From Octopus sinensis (taxonomy: Eukaryota), in assembly GCF_006345805.1 (NCBI RefSeq), contig NC_043003.1, forward strand, positions 62,310,001 to 62,374,000: a DNA stretch of 64,000 nucleotides, read 5' to 3'. A program made the position numbers and the translations under genes. Below, piece by piece: positions 13,880-25,380 of this stretch; positions within the stretch are counted from its first letter, which is position 1; each line of letters starts with the position of its first letter. Under the pieces are notes generated by a model. The model had not been told where the DNA came from. It saw only the letters and a program-made list of their open reading frames with translations, and ran no database searches.

Positions 13880-15085
13880 TATAATGTAAGCTATAACTGA
13901 TTTTGATATATATTTTAGCATTACAGTGACAAGCAAACAAAGTAAACAAGCACCAGAGGCTTTTATATCTTTCCAGAAGTAGAAAAATTGGGATTATTTA
14001 ACTAGTTTCTAGTCTTATTAAACGTTCATCAGAGAAAGAATACCCATCTGCTGTCTATGAGAAGTTTATTAGCTTACAGGGTATTCAGAATGTATGCAAA
14101 TTCAGACACATTTAAACTGATCTGTCTAATTTACATAACAGTGCATGTACTGAAAATGTGGTTAATTAATTAATAACACACTTCAGAGCATTTTGGCATA
14201 ATTTTGAAATTTAATGTGAGGCATATCCTTTTCTTTATAAATATAACACGAGTATTCCATCTTTGTTGAACATCTAAGAAGATTGGAAATTAGTTAGATC
14301 AATTCTATTTGTTCTACCCAAGGAGAGATAAACATGGAAAAATCCTGTAATGCTTACTTTTTACAATGTGACTAAAATTGTATACTTATCAAAAGGGGTA
14401 TATCTTATATCATATTTGAAATGATCTGAAATCACTATATAATTCAATATTAATTAATTAACCATGAGTGAGTGTGCATGGCTCAGTGGTTAGAGCATCA
14501 AGCTCACAATCATAAGGCAGTGAGTCTGATTCCTGGACTGGGCTGTGTGTTGTGTTCTTGAACAAGACACTTTATTTCACTTTGCTTCAGTTCACTCAGC
14601 TGTAGAAATGAGTTGCGATGTCACTGATGCCAAGCTGTATTGGCCTTTGCCTTTCCCTTCGTTAACATTGGTGTCATGGAGAGGAGCGGCTGGTATGCAT
14701 GTGCAACTGTTGGTCTTCCACAAACAACCTTACCCGAACTTGTGCCTTGGAGGGAAACTTTCTCGGTGCAATCCCAGGTTCATTCATTACCGAAGGAAGT
14801 CTTTACTTAATTAACCATGTCAGTGCATGTACAGTTATGCAAATTAAAACAATTATTTTTTCCTGGGTTTCTATAAACTATAAACAGCTACAAAGCTACT
14901 TATCTTTTCATGAACAGAAAACAGGTATTTTTTTTTCTGAAGAATGTCTAACAAGACTAGCAATGCATCTGATCGATCCCAGTTTTTCTGGCCTTAGAGT
15001 CATAAAAATATGTGCTTCAACCACTCCACTTTGTTTACTTTTCACAGAACATCTAAAATTGTATGTTTCGCAACATTCCAAATTA
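13880..15085. repeat. Long diverged inverted repeat (fold-back/MITE-like element), interrupted by a SINE
   Basis: 13981-14175 matches the reverse complement of 14450-14466 plus 14820-14990. Example: ctagtcttattaaacgttcatcagagaaagaatacc against ctagtcttgttagacattcttcagaaaaaaaaatacc. Confidence 0.65.
14467..14806 (+). mobile_element. Full-length tRNA-derived SINE with 13-bp target site duplication
   Basis: A box tggctcagtggttagagc, B-box-like gagtctgattcc and ttcttgaacaagacactt body. TSD ttaattaaccatg at 14454-14466 and 14807-14819. A second copy lies at 63077-63393. Confidence 0.85.
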
Positions 15086-16387
15086 AAGATGTTTTATGTA
15101 AATTGTTAATGTGATTGTATAATTTGATGTCTTTCAATCTTAGTAGTGTTACTTTAAGAATCTAGCTTATTACTGCTTAATTTTCTCCTGAAACACTTAT
15201 TGTAAGTGATTCTTTATGAGACTTTTACTACAACACTAAATGTATCATCTTGTCACTCAGCAATTAAGCATGTAAATCCAGCTAAAAGTGTTTCTTGTAG
15301 TAATAATTGAAGATTCTGCACCATTAAGGTTTTCTATTTCACAAACCAACTATATATTTCTAATATAAGTGAAATTATCTTACACTTGTGATGACTTAAT
15401 GACACACACCTGTCATATATTAATATAACCTATATCTCTTGAATTTTCTAGACAAGTAATTTAATCCAAGTAACTTTCAACAAATTTTTGATAATTTAAA
15501 TTATTATATCTTATATAATTTTTGCATTATTCATTTGCCCTATTTTATAGAAGAAAGTCAATATTTTCTCAATGAACAGTAGAGAAGCAATTTTGTTAAT
15601 TACTATCTGTTTATGTTAATTCATTTAAACATTCCCAAAGCTAGATCTTTAATTTTCTGATTTAGAAATTTATATTTTCTTTCAGCATTGCATATAACCT
15701 TCAGATGAATGCATTATCTAATGTTTTTAGATCACATACTATCTTCAAATAGCTATTTCCTTTGAATACTTATATAATATTTAAAGTTATTATGTAAATC
15801 ATTGACTTCTATGAAATATGGCATAACATATGTGACCTTCCTCTTCATAGAGAACTACAGTTTTTACAAATGTTCAAATACTGAGCTAATTAACCATAAG
15901 TTTCTAAATTTTAACATTTCTATTAATGCTATATTTATGATAAATTTATGATGCATATATTGATTCATTTCACCTCACAAATGTCTTCGGTAGCATTGAA
16001 ATACCAGTTAAACTGTTAGTCTCCAGTTTTAATTCAGACATTAGAATAGTAATTTAATGAATTCTACCTTTGTAGTAAAGTAACTCTGTCATCAAGTGAA
16101 TCTTCTTTAGCTTAATAATACTAAAACTCAAAGTCTGTTTGTCTTTCCACAAATTTAGAGAAAACAGTAGAGTGTGGTAATAAATAAGTTCCAATTCATT
16201 TCTGGGCTTTGAAGAATTTTGTTATTATATCTGTAGACAAATGTAATTTTCAACCATTCATGAAATGGACACATTTATGAATGGTAGCAATACACACACA
16301 TACACACACACTAACGAATAAGTGTATGTATATTTGTGTGTGTATGCATGCATCAATCTATATAAATTGAGTGTGGGTGTATGTGAG

Positions 16388-16425
<38 letters not shown>

Positions 16426-16792
16426 CTTACTTGTATATATGAACACACGTAAATTTATGAATATATGTATATCTAGATACGTTTGTGTGTGTGTGTTTGC
16501 ATTAAATTAATGTATGCCATTGGTACAGTCTTAGATTAAAACACATGTGTCTATGCACAGTCATAATGTGTATTCAAATGTGGTATGGCGTTAATTGTAA
16601 TATTTTGTCTCAGAGAAAACTCTTAAAGAGATTTTTGTGTTAATATGACATGGCTTCACTCAGAACACCAATGAGTTGCCAGAGATATTGTTTTGATCTG
16701 ATCTAGTCTCCTCACTGATGAATAACCTGAACATTCTGAGCGCTAAGCTGCATGTATGTATAAGTGTGTGGGTATATTTTCGTGCATATATC

Positions 16793-16825
<33 letters not shown>

Positions 16826-17119
16826 ATATATATACATAACTGATGTGTTTTTGTTTTTTTCTTGGGTAAACTTTCAGATAAATAAAATATTTCTGTTTAC
16901 CAGTTGTAGTCTTCTACTTTTCCATAATAGTCAGCACTTCTTAACTTCCATGATCTTGTGATAATCAAAAGTTGGTGGGCCCTCCCCACCTCAGTCAAAA
17001 TCAGTGCAAGTGTTTATGATAGGGAATATGTGAATGTGTTTTAATGAACTATTATTTTATGCTTGCCATTTCATACTCTCAGTAATACACGAGTTGAAAG
17101 AAATGCACAATTTTTGGAT

Positions 17120-18265
17120 AGTCATCATCATCATTTAGCGTCCGCTTTCCATGCTAGCATGGGTTGGACGGTTCAACTGGGGTCTGTGAAGCTGGAAGGC
17201 TTCGTCAGGCCCAGTCAGATCTGGCAGTGTTTCTACGGCTGGATGCCCTTCCTAACGCCAACCATTCCGTGAGTGTAGTGGGTGCTTTTTACGTGCCACC
17301 CGCACAGGTGCCAGACAGAGCTGGCAAACGGCCACGAACGGATGGTGCTTTTACGTGTCACTGGCACGGGGGCCAGGCGAGGCTGGCAACGGACACGAAC
17401 GGATGGTGCTTTTACGTGCCACTGACATGGGGCCAGACAGTGCTGGAAAACGGCCACGAACGGATGGTGCTTTTACGTGTCACCGGCACGGGGGCCAGGC
17501 GAGACTGGCAATGGACATGAACGGATGGTGCTTTTACGTGCCACCGACACGGGGCCAGACAGAGCTGGCAAACGGCCACGAACGGATGGTGCTTTTATGT
17601 GTCACCGGCACAGGGGCCATGCGAGGCTGGCAACGGACATGAACGGATTGTGCTTTTACGTGCCACCGACACGGGGCCAGACAGAGCTGGCAAATGGCTA
17701 TGAACGGATGGTGCCTTTACGTGTCACCGGCACGGGGCCAGGTGATGCTGGCAATGGACACAAACGGATGGTGCTTTTACGTGTCACCGGCACGGGGCCA
17801 GGCGAGGCTGGCAACGGACACGAACGGATGGTGCTTTTACGTGCCACCGACACGGGGCCAGACAGAGCTGGAAAACGGCCACGAACGAATGGTGCTTTTA
17901 CGTGTCACCGACACGGGGCCAGGCAAGGCTGGCAGCGGACACGAACGGATGGTTCACTTAACCACAGCTGCAATTCCCACTGATGCTGATCGATATATGA
18001 TTTGATTTGGTTTGATTTTGATTGTTCTCACTGGTCTTGCTGGGTCTTCTCGGGCACAGCATACTTCCATAGGTCTCGGTCTCTGGTCATTTCCTTGGTG
18101 AGACCTAAAGTTCAAAGGTCGTGCTTCACCACCTCGACCCAGGTTTTCCTGGGTCTACCTCTTCCACAGGTCCCCTCAACTGCCAGGATGTGGTACTTTT
18201 TCACACACCTATCTTCATCCATTCTCGCCACATGACCATACCAGCGCAATCGTCTCTCTTGCACA
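17120..18265 (-). mobile_element. 5'-truncated RTE LINE copy with expanded 3' UTR minisatellite
   Basis: GAT tail at about 17125 and tail motif. 18010-18265 matches 10200-10400 of the RTE copy (gtcgtgcttcaccac..., ccagcgcaatcgtctctcttgcac). Confidence 0.85.
17281..17952. repeat. ~60-61 bp GC-rich minisatellite, 11 units, A/B alternating
   Basis: Unit A is ...gtgccaccgacacggggccagacagagctggcaaacggccac and unit B is ...gtgtcaccggcacggggccaggcgaggctggcaacggacac. Order ABABABABBAB. Confidence 0.9.
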
Positions 18266-18289
18266 TAGTGTGATTGTAAAATTTGTTTC

Positions 18290-18440
18290 TCGGCTATGCA
18301 GCTTCAGGTTCAGTCCCACTGTGTGGTATCTTAAGTGTCTTTCAGGATAGCAACAGGTCAAACTAATGTCTTGTGAAGTAATTTGGTAGATAGAAACTGT
18401 AAGAAGTCCTTTGTGTATGTGTGTGTGTGTGTGTGTGCAT
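18290..18440 (+). mobile_element. Diverged OK/OR-like SINE fragment
   Basis: caggttcagtcccactg...atttggtagatagaaactgtaagaagtcc followed by (TG)n. Confidence 0.6.
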
Positions 18441-19029
18441 GTCAGGGAATGCTTACGAAACTAAGTTGATCTGACATCAGTGTTTATATCTCAGTTATAA
18501 ATGGTGATATTGTTTGTGTTTGAACTGCAACTGGTAAAATTTGTCAATATTTTTTGTCAGCAAGCTGTCTGCAAGCTCTGTGCTTTTGGATTCCTCTGGA
18601 ATAAAAATCCCTTACTTGAAAAACTGATGAGGCTAACCATAAAAATCTTGCCTCCAATTTACCCTCATCTAAGCCATGTTATGGAGAAAAATAGATATGA
18701 AATAAAACAAGCAATTGTGTTTGTTATGACAATTTCTTGTGACAGTTTCTTTGGTAAAGCTTCATTGGTATTCATTTGCATGTTGTATAGATCTTCACTA
18801 AGCTTTACTTCCCCTTCAACTCTATGACAAGCCAGTTGTGCTGAAGTAGGCTGTGATTTCACAGAATATTAACTGTGCTTTATGCGTTTGCTATTAATCA
18901 TTCTAACTTTCATCTATTAACATTCGATACACTTGAGTAATTGATAGCCATGCTTTGCTCACATTAATAAGGAATTTAATTAAGATATTCGATGGATCCA
19001 GTTTTAATACTGACATCATCACACTAGAT

Positions 19030-19261
19030 CAGTGGTTCTTAACCAGGGTTCATGTGATCCCTTGGGGGTCTATATAATATTTTATTGTTTAAAATTTATC
19101 TGCAATAAATTGGTTATTCTTTTACAATGCACAATATATTTTAACAAGTTTTTAATACAAATTCTTAATATTTAATTATAAAACATCAAACTGCAAGGAA
19201 GGTAAATCTAAGTAAAATAGAAATCAAAGAGGCCCATGGTTAAAAATGGTTGAGAAACACT
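19030..19261. mobile_element. hAT (Charlie-like) MITE
   Basis: TIRs cagtggttcttaacc and ggttgagaaacact. Flanks cactagat and tactagat resemble an 8-bp NTCTAGAN-type TSD. Confidence 0.6.
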
Positions 19262-20285
19262 ACTAGATGCTGGTCAGCACATTACTGTCAACTATATTAT
19301 TTATTTCTTAATAGCTTCATTTTGTCAGAAACACTCTTTCTGTTGTACATGCCACCTACTTTTGACAAAACAGATTCTTTCATTTACATGTGGAACTGGA
19401 TATGAAGAAATGCTGCAATGTCTTGTTTTCACAATTCTAGTTTAATATGAAAAGGAAATTTTTTAATGACAGTGTTGAGTGGAATGAACCACAAAACAGG
19501 TGGTTATGAAATACCATTCAGAGCCAAACAACCACATCTGCACATATATTAAATGGTATATATTTCAAATAAATTATATACAAGTTAAACAGTATATTGT
19601 TTTGCAGTATGAACCTCACATGCTTAACATTTCCATTTTGTATTCTTGAAAATAATTTTTTTTATGATTCTGAAAAAATTTATTCAATTTGCATTTTTTA
19701 AAGAATTTCTTACCAGCCTTCAAATTTTGTAACTTCTCCATTTTACATATTCCACTTTGCTTCATAATTTTTTCCTGAATTGAATGTATTAAACGTTCAA
19801 GATTACAATTTCTGCAAGAAAAAACTCACATAGTTTGTGAGTAGGGTTAAGGTTAGGGTATAGCAATTAGGATTAGAATTACATGAGAAGTTATATCATT
19901 TTTTAAAAGATTGGATTGAAGTATTTTTCTTTTTTTATTACCCAATTGTCATTTTGAATGTTTAAAACCACAAAAGCCAGAAAAACATTTCCATTACATT
20001 TAAATTTGAGAAGTATAGTTGAATAGGATGCTTGTATGCTTGTGGCACAATATATATATAGAGAGAGAAGGGGTGAAAAGGAGAGGGAGAGAGAGAGTCA
20101 ACAGGTGTGATTGAGAGAATCACAGAATAGAAAACACTTAATAGTGCTCAAATGATTTGAACTTACACTTTAATATCTTTGCTGAGGACCAAATCAGCAG
20201 GATAAAGAGTGACTGTAAGGGGATTGGATTTCCCTACATGTATGTGTGTGTGTGTATATATGTATATATATATATCTATATATAT

Positions 20286-20324
<39 letters not shown>

Positions 20325-20328
<4 letters not shown>

Positions 20329-20520
20329 TCATTGGCGTCATTTAACATCAGACTTTCATGCTGACATAGGTTGGATGGTTTGATAACATCTTAGGAAACA
20401 GGGATGACTATGTCAAGTTCTAAAATCTGCTTTAGTAAGTTTTCTATGGCTGCACGACCTTCCCAATGATAACCACATTACATAGTACGACAGGTGCTTT
20501 TTTATGACATTAACACTTCT
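20325..20520 (-). mobile_element. Diverged RTE 3' tail
   Basis: catttaacatcagactttcatgctgacataggttggatggtttg..., next to (TA)n. Confidence 0.55.
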
Positions 20521-23064
20521 GATGTCATTAAGTAACTCATATGGTAAAGCAAATGCTCTCTTGATTGAGTGGGGTTGTAGTAGAGAGGGAAGTGACTTTA
20601 GGTTGGGTGTTGAGAGGCTAGAGTATGAAAGGGGAGTAGGCATGGGCCACTTGATATAGAGATTACTTTGCATTATATAAAGGTGTATGTGTGTAGTTGG
20701 AAAAGAAAAGATAGTGGTAATGAGGTATCAGCATATTCTCAAGACATAAGAGGATAAAGGATTAGGAAGAATCAACGAGTAAGTTCATAAGAGAGTAGAA
20801 GGAGAGTGACAGATGGTTATATATAGGGGTAAAGGTAAATGTAGGGAAACATAAACAAGGGTGGAAATATGTGTTGATGTCAAATATCAGTATGAAAGGA
20901 AAGGTGAAAGAAATAGGAGTGGATCAGAAAGAAAGAGGTGATAAGTGGAAATACAAGAAGAGTGGAAAGCAAAAGTATTGTAAACTAAAGATAGATCAGA
21001 AAATAGAGGGATAATGTAGAAGATTGGATAGGGAGTGAGAGAGAGAGAGAGAGAGGGGGGGTCAGAGAGAGAGTGAGAAAAAGTTGTAGAGTGATAACGA
21101 TGCAGGTCAGAGGTACACAGGGTGACTATAGTGAGTGAAGGACAAAAATATGAGGAATATGTCAATAGCAGATATGAGAGGATTTAAAAAATGATGTTTG
21201 ATATTTCAATGATGTAGCTCAAAGGAACCCTTTCCTATGCAATTTTGCTCTCATATGATTACACCAGCTGATTAGTGTCATAGTTTAATGAGTGATGGAG
21301 GGATGGGTGTTAGGAAGATGAAGTGTGGAGAAGGTTTGATGTGGACAGATTAGATGAAGGGTCTAGTGAGTATTTAGACCTAAACATATCGTTTTTAGGA
21401 CCTCACTTTCACAATGACAGGCAAGCATTCCTGAGTACAGCGAATCACCAATCATCTCAGGCCTTTATCATCTCCCTGAAGCTCAACAGCTTGAACTCAG
21501 CCTTCACTACTTCATCTCAGTTTTCCCAGATCTTCTTCTTTTACAAGTTCTACCCACTTTAAGCTGCCCTCATCCATATTCATTACATGACCATACTTTT
21601 CTCTTGTGAAAAACATGTCTAATCAAGAGGAAATATTACCTTGCTTGAAAATAGGTGAGGGTTGTTGGCAAGATGACCATATATCCATAAAAAATCTGCC
21701 TCAACAAATTTATTCTGGCTCGTCTGACAAGGAAAATGGACTTAAATTATTGATGAGTGGATAATCCATGAGAGTGTTGAGTTATTCTTAATCAAGACAA
21801 ATATTTTATACTGGCATTTGCTTTTTCAATATTTCTAATCAAAATAAATCCTTTTCCATTGATATTATGATAGACATTTAGTTTAGAATTCTGTTACATG
21901 TACATGCACTGTGCTTCAAGATTTTGATATGCAAAATTGATTTTTCAATTTATATGAGATGTAAAATGACATGTTTCATTCTAAACCGATTTTGTCAAGT
22001 TATATTTCAAACGATTTTTACTGCCATAGGTTATCAGCTGTAGGTTTAACCAATTAAATGTTAAAAATGAGCTGGATATGAAGACTAAGTTATATTAAAT
22101 ATTAATATACTGATTAAAAGTGGGAAAATATTATGGTATGATATTTAACTTGCATGTAAGGATCAAAACAAAAATGTTAGCAGTTAGTAAGAAGTATAAA
22201 TAAAAAGAGCAAAGATGTTTATGTGACAGGGTTAAAATATGTGTAATGGATGAAATGACGGTAGAGATATTATATTCATCATACCATAATTCCTTCATAC
22301 ATCATATGTGGAAGTATTGCATTTTATTACTGATTCCATGAATAACAAATAGCATTTAATTTATTCTCTTGTGGTAAATAATGAATACTAATGAGAAGAA
22401 AAATTAATTATGGAGATGATAAATAGATTTCATCATAGGTCAAGAATTTATCTTTAAATATTTAAAGTTAATTTAACCTAAAAGCTAGTTAATTTTAGCG
22501 ATTTATGAATTAACACAATGAATGCAAGAAGTATATTAATTTTTTTTGAATAATACATCAAACTAGGAATTTTGTCCCAAAGATAGTCCTGAAAATGTTC
22601 GTACTGTATGTGATTTATGTTAGTCAATTTATGTGATTTAACAGATTCCAGATGCTAATCAATCAATTAATCAAGCCAGGCATTGATCTCCCATGTTAGG
22701 TGGAAGACAAAATGGGAATTTAAATTGACAGCAAATTTCTTGTATATCAACTGCTCTCATATCAGAAGATCTGATCAAAACACTGATCTTTGTCATTTAA
22801 ATGGTAACAATAACTATTACACATTAAATGAGTGTGTATTAATTAGTTTAAACAAGGCTAAGTTTTGCTAGAGAGTGGCAAAGTTGACTGAATTAACTTC
22901 AGTATAATACTTGTATTAATTATATCATCTAAGGGTAAATTAATATCAAATTCGACTTGCAGTGGAATTTATATCCAGAAAACTAAAATCTAGAAGAATG
23001 AAGACATGCCTATTTGTTTTTTGTCATATGATATACAGTGATTCAAATTGTATCTTATATTACA

Positions 23065-23888
23065 TTAGCAGCTAAGCCCAGTTTCACCTGGTCGGTTTGG
23101 ATGATATGGCTGTAAAACACTCTCTGTATAAGCATTTGACTTGTTTGGGCATGCTTACATTAAAAAGCAATTTTAGAATTACTTTTTTCTGTCAAAATGC
23201 TAAAAATAACTGACCAACAAAAAAAAAATCAGCCAAGATTCAACCAAATCAAAAAATAAACCCAAATACTAAGCTAACAAAGATGAACCATCCCACTTCC
23301 GTTGCATGCACACAAGCATACACACACATTCACGTACCTCCCTTTTACATGCACACACATATATTCACACAGAGTTGAAACGCTGTTTGATTTATTTTTT
23401 CAGCATACAATTTTCATCATCACATTACCAAGTATGACATCACTCCTTCCTTTCTCATTCATAAACACAAGAGTATTATTATAGTAGATTGTGTTGGTAA
23501 CCATGGGAGCTATGAAAAAATATGACATCACCCCTTCGTTATTCATCTATCACCCCTTCCTTTCTCATTCATAAACACGAGTATTATTATAGTAGATTAT
23601 CCCGGTAACTCTGGGAGCTATAAAAAAAATACAAATGACATTACCCCTTCCTTCCTTATTCATCTATCACCCCTTCTTTTCTCATTCATAAACACAAGAG
23701 TATTATCAAAGTAGATTATCTCAGTTACCATGGGAGCTATGAAAAAAATACAAAGCCCAGCAGCACCACTGGATCATTCTACACATCTGTGTAATTTTTT
23801 GTGCAATTCCACCCAGCCGTTCGACCGTGAATCCCAAGACAAGAAAGAATCGCCCATGTCAAATTTATATGTATATATTATGTATAAA
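23065..23888 (-). mobile_element. Probable non-autonomous Helitron-like element
   Basis: The left end ttagcagctaagcccagtttcacctgg is a degenerate reverse-complemented CTAG terminus with a ccag/ctgg hairpin. The right end is ...ccgttcgaccgtg...tttatatgtatatattatgtata. There is an internal tandem repeat. Confidence 0.45.
23432..23753. repeat. ~110-120 bp tandem repeat, about 3 units
   Basis: tttctcattcataaacacaagagtattattatagtagatt...ccatgggagctatgaaaaaa recurs at about 23451, 23561 and 23678. Confidence 0.85.
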
Positions 23889-24914
23889 TTACTATCAAAA
23901 TAATACAATAAAAATTGAGGTCTAAAACATTTTTATCATTGCAATTTCTGCTGTTGTCAGCTGTATTAAAAGCAGCACCAGTTTCTTCCTCAGCCTCATC
24001 TGTAATTTCGAATATACTTTATTTGAATGGATATCCTTAAATGTGGCTTTCTTCTTGCTTATTTTTTATTCTGAAGAATTTTTTGTGATGCTACTTCTTT
24101 TCACGAACTGCTTCCTTGCTTTAAAATGGATTGATGAGCCACAAATTAGCTCATTTATAATATTTTGTGTCTATTATTCCTAAACATTCATCTTCACTTG
24201 ATGGATTGAATTGGATGTAATATAGTAAAATATCTTTCTATGCTTTTTTTTATCATCATATTCGAGATTTTGAGTGCTTAGGTTCAATGTTATTATTTTA
24301 TCCCAAGCTATTAATGCTTTTTTTTGCCAGCTTTATTGCACGTATTTTCAGCCATCAAATCACAGAGTCTTAGCAACTTTGTAAATTTCATTTCCAGTAC
24401 AAATATTAATATACAGTCACTTTTACTGTATGCTTTAGTTTACCTGTTAGAAACATTTTCACATTAATCAAGTCACATGCTTCTCTCTGATGAAACTGAA
24501 GTTAACTCTGGCCATTTACCTTGACAATGAGTGAACAAAATGCAAAATATAAATAATGTTTGTGTCATTAAGTTATTGCTGGAATCAAGAATTTATTTTT
24601 TAAAGAAAATCAAAAATATAAATGACATTTGGAACTTGCTAGTTAGAAGAATATTTATAATTTTTATATTTTAAATTTTAGTCAAGAGAAGATGACCAAT
24701 CTGTCATCAAGCATGACATTTTTGCAGAGATTCCATCACTTTTGGGGAAAAATAGAGGGAATATCTACAATTCATGTGTTGCTAAAGTAGGAAATTGTAA
24801 ATAATGAGGTAACTAGATAACTCCCTTAGCTTGAAAATCTGTTGTGGAGTCATGCAACAAGGATGAAATGGTGACGTTAAACCAAGTGACAAATTATGTT
24901 TGCCTCCCTCATTC

Positions 24915-25380
24915 CATCATCATCATCTAATGTCTGTTTTCCATGCTGGCATGGGTTGGACGGTTTGTCTGGGGCTACACCATGCTCCAATCTGATCTGG
25001 CAAGGTTTCTACAGCTGGATGCCCTTCCTAACACTAACCACTCCAAGAGTGTAGTGGGTGCATTTTACGTGCTACCAGCATGGGAGCCAATCAGGGCTGT
25101 GGGGCTGGCATCAACCATGTTTGGATGGTGCTTTTTATGTGCCACTAGCACGGGAACCAGTTAGGCAGCACTGGCCACAACTACAATTTCCATTTTGATT
25201 TCGATTTGATTGAGATTCTGATTGTGATTTTGATTTTGATTTTACTTCACCCAGTAGCTCTCCTTAAGCATGGCATGTTGCCCAATAATTCAAAGGTACT
25301 TTTTAAATGGGCTGGTTACGTGACACTGGTATAGGCTACGGCTGTAATCTCACTTTACCTGCTGGGTCTTCTCAATCCAC
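24915..25380 (-). mobile_element. RTE 3' tail/UTR copy
   Basis: catcatctaatgtctgttttccatgctggcatggg...gcccttcctaacactaacc, with degenerate 60-bp units. Confidence 0.75.

Noticed and set aside
14467-14545. tRNA-like A/B boxes here and at 46085 and 63077
   Set aside because: These are SINE heads. They lack a complete cloverleaf and continue into the SINE body, so they are not tRNA genes.
16668-16742. ctgatga...ctga motifs suggesting a C/D snoRNA or hammerhead
   Set aside because: There is no proper upstream box C or terminal stem for a snoRNA. It lacks GAAA, stem II and stem III for a hammerhead.
17281-17952. CRISPR-like look (constant gaacggatggtgcttttacgtg plus variable part) and long overlapping ORFs 17164-18005
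   Set aside because: The variable parts are only two alternating related variants, not unique spacers. There are no cas genes, and the context is a eukaryotic RTE UTR. The ORFs are a by-product of the GC-rich repeat.
19845-19876. agggttaaggttaggg telomere-like motif
   Set aside because: Only 2-3 degenerate units, which is not an interstitial telomeric array.
20500-21200. Strong purine skew on + (also about 35900-36560 and 39560-40330 with the opposite skew)
   Set aside because: Low-complexity tracts, probably decayed retroelement UTRs. No motif or ORF could be supported.
24194-24245. Minus-strand ERYFTILHP resembling a GPCR DRY/ERY motif
   Set aside because: An in-frame stop follows five codons later, there are no flanking transmembrane segments, and splice sites are not convincing.
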